From a virus (taxonomy: Duplodnaviria; Caudoviricetes), in the IMG/VR virus record IMGVR_UViG_3300016649_000386, positions 1-26,775 of that record: 26,775 bases of DNA. The stretch is one strand, 5' to 3'. A model generated the notes under the pieces. It was not told the DNA's origin. It ran no database searches and worked only from the letters and a program-made list of their open reading frames with translations. Positions 1 through 9,072 of this stretch are shown one piece after another. Both the position numbers and the translations under genes were made by a program. Every line of letters starts with the position of its first letter. Position 1 is the stretch's first letter.

Positions 1-291
1 AGCGATATGCTTGAGCGTACCATCGCCAAGGTGCTGGTAAAGTCATTCGACAAGGGCAGTCTCTATGCCATCGACAATCTGCTGAGTCGGGCGCAGGGTA
101 AGCCTGCAGAAATGATAGATGTGCAGACGAAGGAAAGCCGCGTTATTGTAGTCCAATATGGAGAAAGTAATAATACAATTCAACCCACACCCAGCACAAT
201 CGAAAGTATTGAGCAGTCAAGCGAGGTTTCGGGTTCTCATGTGTGGCAGGAGGTTCGGGAAATCATTGATAAGCCAGATCATATCGATTGA
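1..291 (+). CDS. terS: Terminase small subunit, C-terminal part (5'-truncated by window edge)
   Basis: Frame is open from the window start. It lies immediately upstream of and overlaps TerL. The 'LLSRAQGKPAEMIDV' segment resembles the R-x-x-G-K-P C-terminal motif of many phage TerS proteins. Confidence 0.65.
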   Translation, partial: SDMLERTIAKVLVKSFDKGSLYAIDNLLSRAQGKPAEMIDVQTKESRVIVVQYGESNNTIQPTPSTIESIEQSSEVSGSHVWQEVREIIDKPDHID

Positions 292-1327
292 GCAGGCCAC
301 ATCCGATAAGCTTGTAGCCTACATCACACCGACCTACCAGCTGGCAAAGGTGTTTTTCGATGAGATGATAAAGAACCTGCCGGACGAGCTTTATACCTGC
401 AACCGCGCTGATTTGGTCATCCGCTTTCCCAACGGCGGGACCATCCGCTTTTTCACAGGTGAGCGGCTCGATGCGATGCGCGGACTCCGCTTCCATCTGG
501 TGATAATAGACGAGGCGAGCTATATCGCCGATCTCGAATCCGGATGGCTTAACTCCATCCGGCCCACATTGACCGACTACCAGGGAAAGGCTATATTCCT
601 AAGCACGCCGAAAGGCAAGAACTATTTCTATTCACTATATCTTAAGAGCGGTGAGCCGGGATGGGAGGGATTCAAGTTCAGCACATACGACAACCCGCAC
701 ATCGAGCGGGAAGAAATAGACGCGGCACGGCAGCAGCTACCTGCCACAGTCTTCGAGCAGGAGTACATGGCTAATCCTATGGAGAACGCTTCCAATCCTT
801 TCGGTTCCAGCCATATCTCCGCCTGCGTTCGAGAGGTCAGCAGGCTCCCGGCGGTAGCCTACGGCATCGACCTGGCGAAGTCAGTTGACTATACGGTAGT
901 AATCGGCTTAGATGAAACCGGAACGGTCTGCCATTACGAGCGGTTCCAAAAAGACTGGCAGCACACGAAGGATACCATCCGGATGCTGCCGAGGCATGTG
1001 CCTATTATGATAGATAGCACCGGGAACGGAGACCCGATTACCGAAGACCTGCAGAAGCACTTCAACGCTATGACCGGGTTCAAGTTCACCTCCACCAGCA
1101 AGCAGCCGCTCATCGAGGGCCTTGCTGCTGCCATCCACCAGAGGAAGGTATTTTTCCCCGACAACTACCTGCGCTCTGAGCTGGAAATATTCGAGTACCA
1201 GTACACGGCCACCGGCGTAAAGTACTCCGCTCCGCAAGGCTTCCACGATGACGCGGTCTGCGCTTTGGCGCTGGCGTATAAGTGCTACACGGAGAACCGG
1301 ACGGCGGGGCAGTATTATTTCATTTAA
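158..1327 (+). CDS. terL: Terminase large subunit (ATPase + RNase H-like nuclease)
   Basis: Adenine-binding 'PHPAQ', Walker A 'GRRFGKS', Walker B 'LVIIDEA', coupling motif 'LSTP', nuclease acidic residues 'GIDLA' and 'HDDAVCALALA'. Confidence 0.96.
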   Translation: MEKVIIQFNPHPAQSKVLSSQARFRVLMCGRRFGKSLISQIISIEQATSDKLVAYITPTYQLAKVFFDEMIKNLPDELYTCNRADLVIRFPNGGTIRFFTGERLDAMRGLRFHLVIIDEASYIADLESGWLNSIRPTLTDYQGKAIFLSTPKGKNYFYSLYLKSGEPGWEGFKFSTYDNPHIEREEIDAARQQLPATVFEQEYMANPMENASNPFGSSHISACVREVSRLPAVAYGIDLAKSVDYTVVIGLDETGTVCHYERFQKDWQHTKDTIRMLPRHVPIMIDSTGNGDPITEDLQKHFNAMTGFKFTSTSKQPLIEGLAAAIHQRKVFFPDNYLRSELEIFEYQYTATGVKYSAPQGFHDDAVCALALAYKCYTENRTAGQYYFI

Positions 1328-1374
1328 TACCGGAAATGGCGTATAAATACTTCCTTATTTGGCAAAATATCGGA

Positions 1375-1403
1375 TAAACACTTCACTAAAAACCGTCTTA
1401 TTA
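1375..1403 (+). promoter_or_regulatory. Candidate phage late promoter, copy 1: TAAACACTT-N11-GTCTTATTA
   Basis: Intergenic, 4 nt before ATG 1408. Both 9-mers and the 11-nt spacing recur exactly at 9038-9066. Confidence 0.7.
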
Positions 1404-1407
1404 TATT

Positions 1408-2058
1408 ATGAAGATTACCGTAAAGCAGTTCCAGGAACTGTACTTCATCAGTGAAAAGTGGGAAAACGACATCGACAAGAGCATAAAGCTTGTCGGCTGC
1501 ATTACCGGGAAAACACCTGAGGAGGTCGAGGCAATGAAGGTAAAGCCGTTCAACCGGCTATGCGCCAAGATACAGAAGCAGTTCGAGCTACTGGCCCGCG
1601 ACTGGATGAAGAGCAAGCCTCGGAAGTATGTGCGAATCGGCAAGCGACTGTATCGGCTTAACTACGATATAGCTAAGATGAAGGCTGGGCAGTATATCGA
1701 TGGCATGGGGTTCAGCAAGGAACTGATACAGAACCTGCATATCATTATGGCCACGATGGCGGAGCCGATTAACTGGAGGGGCAAGGTCTATGAAAGGAAG
1801 CACGAGGAGATTGCGGCGGATATGGAAGGGTTAGATTTCGAGGTAGCGTATCATGCTGCGGTTTTTTTTTATCTTCTATTTCAGCAGTCAATGATCGTTA
1901 CCCGGCCTTATTTGGTAAGGCAGATAACGAAGCAGGGAATCAGCAGGGAGGCGGCAGAGACGTTATTGAGCTATTCGTCTCAAATTTCGGATGGATTGCC
2001 AATGCCCGAATGGTCGCTGAACATGAGGGCATACCTCTCGAATCGGTTTGGAAGTTAG
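1408..2058 (+). CDS. Tail assembly chaperone (lambda gpG-like, zero-frame product, 216 aa)
   Basis: Helical protein containing the slippery run G-T9 at 1861-1870 (..AVFFY..) with a long open -1 frame behind it. Confidence 0.65.
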   Translation: MKITVKQFQELYFISEKWENDIDKSIKLVGCITGKTPEEVEAMKVKPFNRLCAKIQKQFELLARDWMKSKPRKYVRIGKRLYRLNYDIAKMKAGQYIDGMGFSKELIQNLHIIMATMAEPINWRGKVYERKHEEIAADMEGLDFEVAYHAAVFFYLLFQQSMIVTRPYLVRQITKQGISREAAETLLSYSSQISDGLPMPEWSLNMRAYLSNRFGS

Positions 2059-2153
2059 GGACTATACACTTTTTGAATGATTTGTTATACATAAAGATGA
2101 AAGCCGACCACGATGCCGAACAATATAACCGCCAGTCAAAAGGAAAATATTGA
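1408..2153 (+). CDS. Predicted -1 frameshift fusion product (gpGT-like, about 248 aa)
   Basis: After T TTT TTT (1863-1869) the -1 frame reads LSSISAVNDRYPALFGKADNEAGNQQGGGRDVIELFVSNFGWIANARMVAEHEGIPLESVWKLGTIHFLNDLLYIKMKADHDAEQYNRQSKGKY* to TGA 2151-2153. It fills the gap to the next gene and has no good start of its own. Confidence 0.7.
1860..1871 (+). promoter_or_regulatory. Programmed -1 frameshift slippery site (GGTTTTTTTTTA)
   Basis: Nine consecutive T residues; the heptamer T TTT TTT is in X XXY YYZ register with the zero frame. Confidence 0.72.
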
Positions 2154-2709
2154 TTACGTCAGTAAGCTGGCGGAGGATATCAATCTAAACGAAATAGTGC
2201 AGGATGCTCTGACTGATGCGGCGGCGTTTCTGATTGTCAAGATTACGGAGAAGATAAAGAAGTACCAGCTAGTAAATACCGGAGGCCTATCGAGCAATAT
2301 CAAGCAGGAGCTTGTCGGCACTAATCAGGTAAATATCAAGATGCCGTATTATTACGATTTCTTGAATAAGGGCGTAAAGGGTGCGAAAAGCAAGCAGCCG
2401 AACTCACCGTATTCGTTTAAGGATTCATTCAGCATGAGCCCGGCGGGCCGCAAAAGCATAAAGAGCCTGATTGATAACGGCCGGGCAAAGGTATCCGTAA
2501 TCCGGCGCGGTAGTGAAGTCGGCCTTGAGCGAAAGCGGCGCAGCGTGGAAGATATGAAGCTCGACACGCTTATTTATCGAATCAAGTCCGGCGGTATCAA
2601 AAAGCGGCCATATCTTGACGAGGCTATCGATGAGAACGGCGATGAGGTGGCTGCGATTATCAGCAAGGCGTTCGCGAAGGAAGTAATATTAAGCATAAAA
2701 CCGAAGTAA
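2113..2709 (+). CDS. Putative neck / tail-completion protein (HK97 gp10-like)
   Basis: Basic 198-aa protein with 'NTGGLSSNI', 'YYDFLNKGVKG' and C-terminal 'GIKKRPYLDEAI', the pattern of Ne1/gp10-type proteins. Confidence 0.6.
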   Translation: MPNNITASQKENIDYVSKLAEDINLNEIVQDALTDAAAFLIVKITEKIKKYQLVNTGGLSSNIKQELVGTNQVNIKMPYYYDFLNKGVKGAKSKQPNSPYSFKDSFSMSPAGRKSIKSLIDNGRAKVSVIRRGSEVGLERKRRSVEDMKLDTLIYRIKSGGIKKRPYLDEAIDENGDEVAAIISKAFAKEVILSIKPK

Positions 2710-2710
2710 T

Positions 2711-3973
2711 ATGGCAATGACAGTAACTGCGCCCGGGAACTTTACGGAGACCGTTTATGATGATTCATGGCTTCGCGCCATCTCCAGCGCATCTGGGCAG
2801 ACGGATTTGAGATATGTGGTAGAGTTGTTTGATGCGCAAAATAATGCTAAATTATTTGAAGGCAAGGTAGTACCGGAGCCGAGCAATAAGTACATGTATT
2901 TTAACGTGGCTCCGATTATTCGGAATAACTTTTTTGAAGAATATTGGAGCGAAAATGGAATTAGTACTGCGCATGTTTTTGATTTTTCAGATGCTAAATA
3001 TTTTAATCCCAACCAACGCGCTCAATTTTATTATAGGATAGGTACAGATTATTCCGGTATCACAACACTAAACGAGGCAAGCGGTTCGGTGATACTTACT
3101 AACGTACGGCCAAAACTAAAAAACCGGAGATGGTCAAGGAAAAGCATATCGCAAGACGTAGACAATAAATGGCAGACCGACCGGAAGCCGGTATCGATAT
3201 TATCGAACAATTCCGATAATTTTTTTATTGCATGGAGGTATCAAATCGATGACTTTTTGCCATCTGGCAACTTACTTTTAGGATATGAGGAATATGATGC
3301 CGGGGGAAATTTATTGAACACAAACGAAAATACATTTCCAAATACTATTGTTGGTGAGACTGGGCAAGAATCGAGAAACTGTATCATAAACATAGGTCCG
3401 GATTCCATCGATAGGCTCATCGGCAATTCACCGGATTTAAACGTGTGCGCTTATTACGTGGCTTATATTAAGTACGAAATAGGGGCAACGGAATACAGGC
3501 TTGATTTCCGCATTAATAAGAACTGCGAAAATAAATACGAATCCATCCCGATACATTTTTACAATCGGTTCGGCGTGGTCGATACGCTGCAGTTCAACCT
3601 TGTCAGCCGTACCACGATGGACGTAGAACGGAAATCCTACAACCAGCGCGACTATCGGTTCAGCAGCAGCAGCGTGCTTTATACCGATTCCTCGGCATCC
3701 GGTACAACCGTCTTCCGAGAGAACAAGATAAACTACAATGCGACCTATAACTATACGATGAAGCTTACAAGCGATTTCTTGGACGATCAGGACTGGGAGT
3801 GGCTCGAGGATTTGATACTATCGCCGCGCATCTACATGGAGGAGGACGGCTACATGTACCCGGTGACCATCAAGGCTACTAACTACGAGATAAGCAAGTA
3901 CATAAATAACCGCCTGCGGCCGCTTGAAATCGAAATCGAATTTAACTCACCTCGCCTATCTTCCAGCCGATGA
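2711..3973 (+). CDS. Virion structural protein, probable distal-tail / tail-tip component
   Basis: 420 aa, beta-rich and aromatic. C-terminal 'FYNRFGVVDT...LTSDFL...WLEDLILSPRIY' is typical of Bacteroidota siphophage tail-tip proteins. ATGA-coupled to the next gene. Confidence 0.5.
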   Translation: MAMTVTAPGNFTETVYDDSWLRAISSASGQTDLRYVVELFDAQNNAKLFEGKVVPEPSNKYMYFNVAPIIRNNFFEEYWSENGISTAHVFDFSDAKYFNPNQRAQFYYRIGTDYSGITTLNEASGSVILTNVRPKLKNRRWSRKSISQDVDNKWQTDRKPVSILSNNSDNFFIAWRYQIDDFLPSGNLLLGYEEYDAGGNLLNTNENTFPNTIVGETGQESRNCIINIGPDSIDRLIGNSPDLNVCAYYVAYIKYEIGATEYRLDFRINKNCENKYESIPIHFYNRFGVVDTLQFNLVSRTTMDVERKSYNQRDYRFSSSSVLYTDSSASGTTVFRENKINYNATYNYTMKLTSDFLDDQDWEWLEDLILSPRIYMEEDGYMYPVTIKATNYEISKYINNRLRPLEIEIEFNSPRLSSSR

Positions 3974-5994
3974 CGCGCCTTTTCATAGAGAATAAAGAGC
4001 TAGACCTGACTGCCGACCTGTCGCAGCAGATTACCTATGCCATCGATGACATCCGGAACATAGACAGCAAGGCTACCACGTTCAGCCGCACTATCATCCT
4101 GCCTGGAACAGCGAACAATAACAATCTTTTCGGGCAGATATTCGAGTTTAACCATGCGAACTTCGTTAATGATGTGGCGCCAAATGTGGAGTACAACTTC
4201 AACGCTGCCAAGTCTGCCCAGTGTCGGCTTGTTGCCGATAGCGTGCAGGTTCTTAAGGGTTCGCTCAGGCTCCTGCAGATAGTGGTGGATGGTTCCCGCA
4301 TTGAATATGAAATCTGCATCTTTGGCGAGTTAGGCGGATTCATTACAAAGCTCGGAGCATTGAAGCTTCAAGATTTGGATTTCAGCGATTACGATCACGA
4401 ATACAACGAGACAAATATCGAAAATAGCTGGGATGATGATAACGCTGGAGCAGGCTATTACTATCCGCACATTGATTACGGAAATTATAATGCAGGCTCT
4501 GATAAGAAAGACTGGAACGTAGGCACATTCCGGCCAGCTCTATTCGTCAAGGAATACCTCGAAAAGATAGTAGCTAATGCAGGCTATACAATGGATTTCG
4601 CATTAAAGGATACCGACCGATTTAAGCGGCTAATTATTCCTTATAATCGGAAAATACTAACGGCAAACAATACTAAGATTTTAAAGCAATACGGTGTTAA
4701 CCAGACCTTTGATGACGGAACCAGTACTGGTATAATCTTTTCCGGAGGAACTGGTACTCTCGGCAGTTTTACAAATACCGCAGACGGCCAATACCGATAC
4801 GATGGAGCCACTACCGTATCGACTACGGTTAAAGTAGTTATAACCTATACTTATAGCGGGTTTCCGGATGTTCTTGTATTCCGGATTAAAAAGAATAATA
4901 CTACCATCTATACCCAGGATCTCACCACGAACGGAACGATAAACTATTCTTTTACTCTTGAGTTCAGCACGAATGATGTTATTAAATTTGATTTCTTAAG
5001 CATCATAAACACAGAGACACTCACCTACCTTGCGAAGCTTGATATCGATACTGATGTAGCTATACCGACTCCGGTACTTATTGGAGATGATGTGAAGTTG
5101 AATGATACCATTCCACAGAACATACTGCAAAAGGATTTCTTCATATCCATCATAAAGCTGTTCAATCTCTATGTAGACGAGGACAATAACGTAGAGAAGA
5201 AGCTTGTCATCAAGCCTTACGTTGATTATTTTATCGATGCTACCGATGATTACTCCGACCGGGTAGACCGAAGCAAGCCGATGCAGATTAAGCCGATGAG
5301 CGAGCTTAACTCCAGGTACTATCAGTTCAAATATAAGAGCGATGGCGATTACTGGAACGACCTATATCGGAAGCGGTACAACGAAGGGTACGGCGATAGA
5401 ATTTTCGATAGCGAGTATGAGTTTGCAAGCGAGACACAAAGCAGCGAACTGATATTCGCAGCAACACCGATAGTAGGCTATGCTGATGAGGATAAAAAGT
5501 TCAGCACTATTTTCAAGCGGAATGGAAACGAACCAACGGTAACAGAGGAGCAGGTAGATTCTGTCATCCGGATTCTGCAGGCGAAAAAGATTACTGGCAT
5601 TACAGAATGGAGGCTTTTTACTGTAGATGATACCGGAGTGCTTGGCGATTTCAGCAAGTACGCCTATGCCGGGCATTTCGATGATCCGGATGATCCGGCA
5701 ACTGATTTGAACTTCGGGGCAACCAAAGAGCTTTTCTTTACCGGAAACTCAACCAGTACGAATCAGTTTAATGTCTACTATTCTCCGTACATGGCCGAGA
5801 TAACAGACAAGGATTCTCGGCTATTAACATGCTACATTAAGTTCAACCAGCTGCAGATATTTAACATTGACTTCAGCCGTTACATCTGGATAGATGGCGG
5901 CTTGTATCGGTTGATGCGGATAATTGACTACACGCCTGGTACTACCGATGTATGCAAGGTAGAGTTATTACGAGTGATAAATAAAACATACTAA
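3970..5994 (+). CDS. Putative baseplate hub / tail-tip protein
   Basis: 674 aa. N-terminal 'ELDL...FSRTIILPGTANNN' hub-like motif; directly precedes the tape measure gene. Confidence 0.55.
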   Translation: MTRLFIENKELDLTADLSQQITYAIDDIRNIDSKATTFSRTIILPGTANNNNLFGQIFEFNHANFVNDVAPNVEYNFNAAKSAQCRLVADSVQVLKGSLRLLQIVVDGSRIEYEICIFGELGGFITKLGALKLQDLDFSDYDHEYNETNIENSWDDDNAGAGYYYPHIDYGNYNAGSDKKDWNVGTFRPALFVKEYLEKIVANAGYTMDFALKDTDRFKRLIIPYNRKILTANNTKILKQYGVNQTFDDGTSTGIIFSGGTGTLGSFTNTADGQYRYDGATTVSTTVKVVITYTYSGFPDVLVFRIKKNNTTIYTQDLTTNGTINYSFTLEFSTNDVIKFDFLSIINTETLTYLAKLDIDTDVAIPTPVLIGDDVKLNDTIPQNILQKDFFISIIKLFNLYVDEDNNVEKKLVIKPYVDYFIDATDDYSDRVDRSKPMQIKPMSELNSRYYQFKYKSDGDYWNDLYRKRYNEGYGDRIFDSEYEFASETQSSELIFAATPIVGYADEDKKFSTIFKRNGNEPTVTEEQVDSVIRILQAKKITGITEWRLFTVDDTGVLGDFSKYAYAGHFDDPDDPATDLNFGATKELFFTGNSTSTNQFNVYYSPYMAEITDKDSRLLTCYIKFNQLQIFNIDFSRYIWIDGGLYRLMRIIDYTPGTTDVCKVELLRVINKTY

Positions 5995-5995
5995 G

Positions 5996-7969
5996 ATGGC
6001 AACAGAAGAAATAGCAGTCAAGATAACGGCAGATGCCGGGCAGGCCAATCAGTCGGTAGGAAGCTTCAAAGCGCAACTGCGTGAGGCTACGGCGGAGCTG
6101 GTAACGATGGCTGCCAAGTTTGGAGAGGGCAGCGTAGAGGCCCAGAAGGCAGCGCAAAAGGTAGCAAGCTTGAAGGATGCCATCGGAGACGCTAAGGCTC
6201 TGGCAGATACATTCAACCCGGACAAAAAGTTCGTTGCGCTGGGCGGTGCATTGCAAGGAGCGGTAGGTGGGTTTAGTGCGCTTCAGGGAGCTATGGCTCT
6301 TTTCGGTGGTGAAAGTAAGCAGGTTGAGCAGTTACTTTTAAAAGTTCAGTCTGCGATGGCGCTGCAGCAGGGTATCAGCGGTATTGCTGCCTCTGTAGAT
6401 TCTTTCAAATTATTAGGTGGTGCAATAAAGAGCAGCACCGCATTCATGAAGTTACAGAACGCCGCTACGGTTGCAGCAGCCGCAGTACAAAAGCTTTTTA
6501 CCGGAGCGGTAACCCAAACGAGTACCGCATTCAAGGTATTGAAAGGTGCTATAATCTCAACTGGTATTGGTGCGCTGATTGTTCTTGCCGGTACGCTTAT
6601 TGGCAAAATAATGGAATGGAACGATAGCACCGAGGATGCCAAAAAGCAACAAGATGATCTTGCTGAAGCTACAAAGAGAGCTGATGAGGCTATGAGTGAC
6701 CAGATTAGTACTTTATCTGAATTGACGGATATACAAGTAAAGCGGGCAAGGATTGCAGGAGCATCGGAGGCTGAGATAAGTAAGATACAACAAAACGGAA
6801 CGCAGCAGCGCATTAATTTAGTTCAGCAGGAGATAGATAAACGGATTGCTGCTGGTCAAAGTTTCACGGAATTATCAAAGCAACTTGGAGAACTGCAAAA
6901 CCAACAACTAAACCAGCAGCTTGATGCCGAATTGAAGGCAGCGGAAAAATCACGCGAGAACGCAAAGAATGCACAGAAAAAGAAATCCGATGACGGAAAG
7001 GCAGCTGCAGAAAAAGCAAAGCAAGAGCGTAAAGCGGATAACGAAGCGGCAGAAAAGCAGTTGAGAGAATTACAACAAGAGAACTTCTTGAACTCGATCG
7101 AGGATGAAAATAAACGAGCGCAGGAAAAAGCAAGGATTGATTTTGAAAATGCAGAAAAAGAAATAGAAAAAACTACTGCAGATGCAGAAAAAAAGAATGC
7201 AATAAAAAAAGAATTAAGGATAAAATATGAAGAGGAGTTGCGTGATTTGGAGCTACAGTTATTAATGGAACAAAATGAACGCGATGCTCAGGCTTCAGAA
7301 GAAGAAAAGAAAAAAGCAGAGGAAAGAGATAAAGCCGAGCTTGAAAGGATTAAGAAATTCAATGAATTAAAAAAACAACAAGACGAAGAATTTAAAAAGG
7401 CCCAAGTTGAAGCAGAGGTAAATTTACAAAAAGCAAGATATAATGCAATAGATGCAGGCTTTGAACTTATTAATGCACTTGCTGGAAAGAATGAAACAGT
7501 AGCAAATATTTTGTTTGCCGTTCAAAAGGGTTTGGAGATAGGTAAGATTATTGTAGGAGCCGCAGCATCAATAGCACAGATTAAATTTAATATGGCATCC
7601 GTTCCGCCGTTTTTAGGGCCTGCACCTAATCCTGCATATTTTGTGAACTTAGCCGCTGGTTTAAAAAATATTGCATCTGTTAAGATAGGTGCTGCTGCCG
7701 GCATTGCTTCTATTGTCGCAAGTTCTATTTCAAAATTCAAAGGCGGCGGCGGCGCAGGCGTTCAAGCAGGTGGAGGTACGCCAGGATCGCCCGGAGGTAA
7801 TGCAGCACAAGGAGCTCCCATCCAACCGCAGGCTCAAACCACCCGAATCGACCAAGCGCAAATCAACCAAATAGGCAATGCCGCCGTGCGGTCCTATGTG
7901 CTTGAGACGGACGTAGCAAATAATCAGGAACGCCGTATACGCATTGAGCGTGCGGCTCGTATTGGATAG
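5996..7969 (+). CDS. Tail tape measure protein
   Basis: 657 aa, Ala/Gly-rich helical N-terminus, hydrophobic 'IISTGIGALIVLAGTLI' segment, long E/K/Q coiled coil, C-terminal 'RSYVLETDV'. Confidence 0.85.
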   Translation: MATEEIAVKITADAGQANQSVGSFKAQLREATAELVTMAAKFGEGSVEAQKAAQKVASLKDAIGDAKALADTFNPDKKFVALGGALQGAVGGFSALQGAMALFGGESKQVEQLLLKVQSAMALQQGISGIAASVDSFKLLGGAIKSSTAFMKLQNAATVAAAAVQKLFTGAVTQTSTAFKVLKGAIISTGIGALIVLAGTLIGKIMEWNDSTEDAKKQQDDLAEATKRADEAMSDQISTLSELTDIQVKRARIAGASEAEISKIQQNGTQQRINLVQQEIDKRIAAGQSFTELSKQLGELQNQQLNQQLDAELKAAEKSRENAKNAQKKKSDDGKAAAEKAKQERKADNEAAEKQLRELQQENFLNSIEDENKRAQEKARIDFENAEKEIEKTTADAEKKNAIKKELRIKYEEELRDLELQLLMEQNERDAQASEEEKKKAEERDKAELERIKKFNELKKQQDEEFKKAQVEAEVNLQKARYNAIDAGFELINALAGKNETVANILFAVQKGLEIGKIIVGAAASIAQIKFNMASVPPFLGPAPNPAYFVNLAAGLKNIASVKIGAAAGIASIVASSISKFKGGGGAGVQAGGGTPGSPGGNAAQGAPIQPQAQTTRIDQAQINQIGNAAVRSYVLETDVANNQERRIRIERAARIG

Positions 7970-8009
7970 TAAACCTATAACTTGACAAAAACATTAAAAA
8001 AGTAAAGCT

Positions 8010-9050
8010 ATGAAATTACCAATCTATGAACTTGTAATAAACCCGGAAGAGGAAAACGATGCCGAGGTTTCTTATATCGCGCTGGTGGATGCGCCCGCCA
8101 TCAAAAAGGATTTCCTAGCCTTCAACGAGGATTTCGTACAACCCGGCAAGGGGGAACCCGAAGGCGAATTCATGCCGCGCTGCATTAAATACATGATAGA
8201 CGAAGGCAAGGAGCAGGAGCAGGCGGTTGCCATCTGCTCTTCGCTTTGGGAGGAACACTTCGCAGAATCCTACAACGACTACCCGGAAGCGGCGAAGGAA
8301 GCAGCACAGACCGCGCTCCGGTGGGCCGAAGAGAACGGATGGGGGGACTGCGGCACGCCGGTGGGCAAGGCAAGGGCCAACCAGCTGGCAAAGGGTGAAC
8401 CCATTACCCGCGAGACCATCGCCCGGATGGCAGCGTTCGACCGCCATCGGGAGAATAGCGACAAACCGCTCGGCGATGGATGTGGCAGGCTTATGTGGCT
8501 GGCATGGGGCGGAGATGCTGGCATCGAATGGGCGCAGCGTAAGCTCGAGCAGATTGACCGAGAGAAGACGCAGGCTCGGCAAGCCTTCGCCATCCAAAAC
8601 GAAGATGAGCGGATTATTACCGGGCCGCTCATGGTTCCCGAGCAGCTTATCTACCGCAACAACGAGCGGTTCGGCGAGCATTATGTCAAGTTCACCGCCG
8701 AGACCATCCAGCAGATTGCCATCAAGTTCGCGAAGAAAGGATATCAAAAGAACGTGAATCTGATGCATGATAGCGAAATGCAACCCAAAGACGTGACTAT
8801 GTTCGAGTCGTTTATCAGCGATTCCAATCGAGGCATCAAACCGATGGAGGCGTTCAGCGATCTGCCAGACGGCACATGGTTCGGCTCGTTCTATGTCGAG
8901 AATCCGGAGGTATGGAAGCTTGTCAAGGAGGGCCAGGTACGCGGGTTCAGCGTGGAGGGTTTATTCGATTATGAGACTCCGGAGAGCCTCGAGGAAAAAT
9001 ATAGTAAGTTAGTTATCAACGAGTTAGCAGAGATTTTTAAACACTTTTAG
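8010..9050 (+). CDS. Prohead protease (XkdF-like serine protease) with an internal insertion
   Basis: 'IALVDAPAI', 'ITGPLMVP', 'NLMHD', 'LPDGTW', 'VRGFSVEG' motifs; upstream of scaffold and capsid genes. Confidence 0.85.
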   Translation: MKLPIYELVINPEEENDAEVSYIALVDAPAIKKDFLAFNEDFVQPGKGEPEGEFMPRCIKYMIDEGKEQEQAVAICSSLWEEHFAESYNDYPEAAKEAAQTALRWAEENGWGDCGTPVGKARANQLAKGEPITRETIARMAAFDRHRENSDKPLGDGCGRLMWLAWGGDAGIEWAQRKLEQIDREKTQARQAFAIQNEDERIITGPLMVPEQLIYRNNERFGEHYVKFTAETIQQIAIKFAKKGYQKNVNLMHDSEMQPKDVTMFESFISDSNRGIKPMEAFSDLPDGTWFGSFYVENPEVWKLVKEGQVRGFSVEGLFDYETPESLEEKYSKLVINELAEIFKHF

Positions 9051-9066
9051 GATTTCTGTCTTATTA
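9038..9066 (+). promoter_or_regulatory. Candidate phage late promoter, copy 2: TAAACACTT-N11-GTCTTATTA
   Basis: Exact repeat of both boxes and spacing seen at 1375-1403; 6 nt before ATG 9073 of the scaffold-capsid-tail tube block. Confidence 0.7.
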
Positions 9067-9072
9067 GAATGT

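Noticed and set aside
7970-8009. Possible third promoter copy upstream of the protease gene
   Set aside because: Only TAAAC matches; the downstream box is absent.
8115-8783. Long alternative-frame ORFs over the protease gene (8227-8757 +, 8115-8783 -)
   Set aside because: Arg/Ser-rich or antisense shadows of a GC-rich coding stretch; no motifs or start context.
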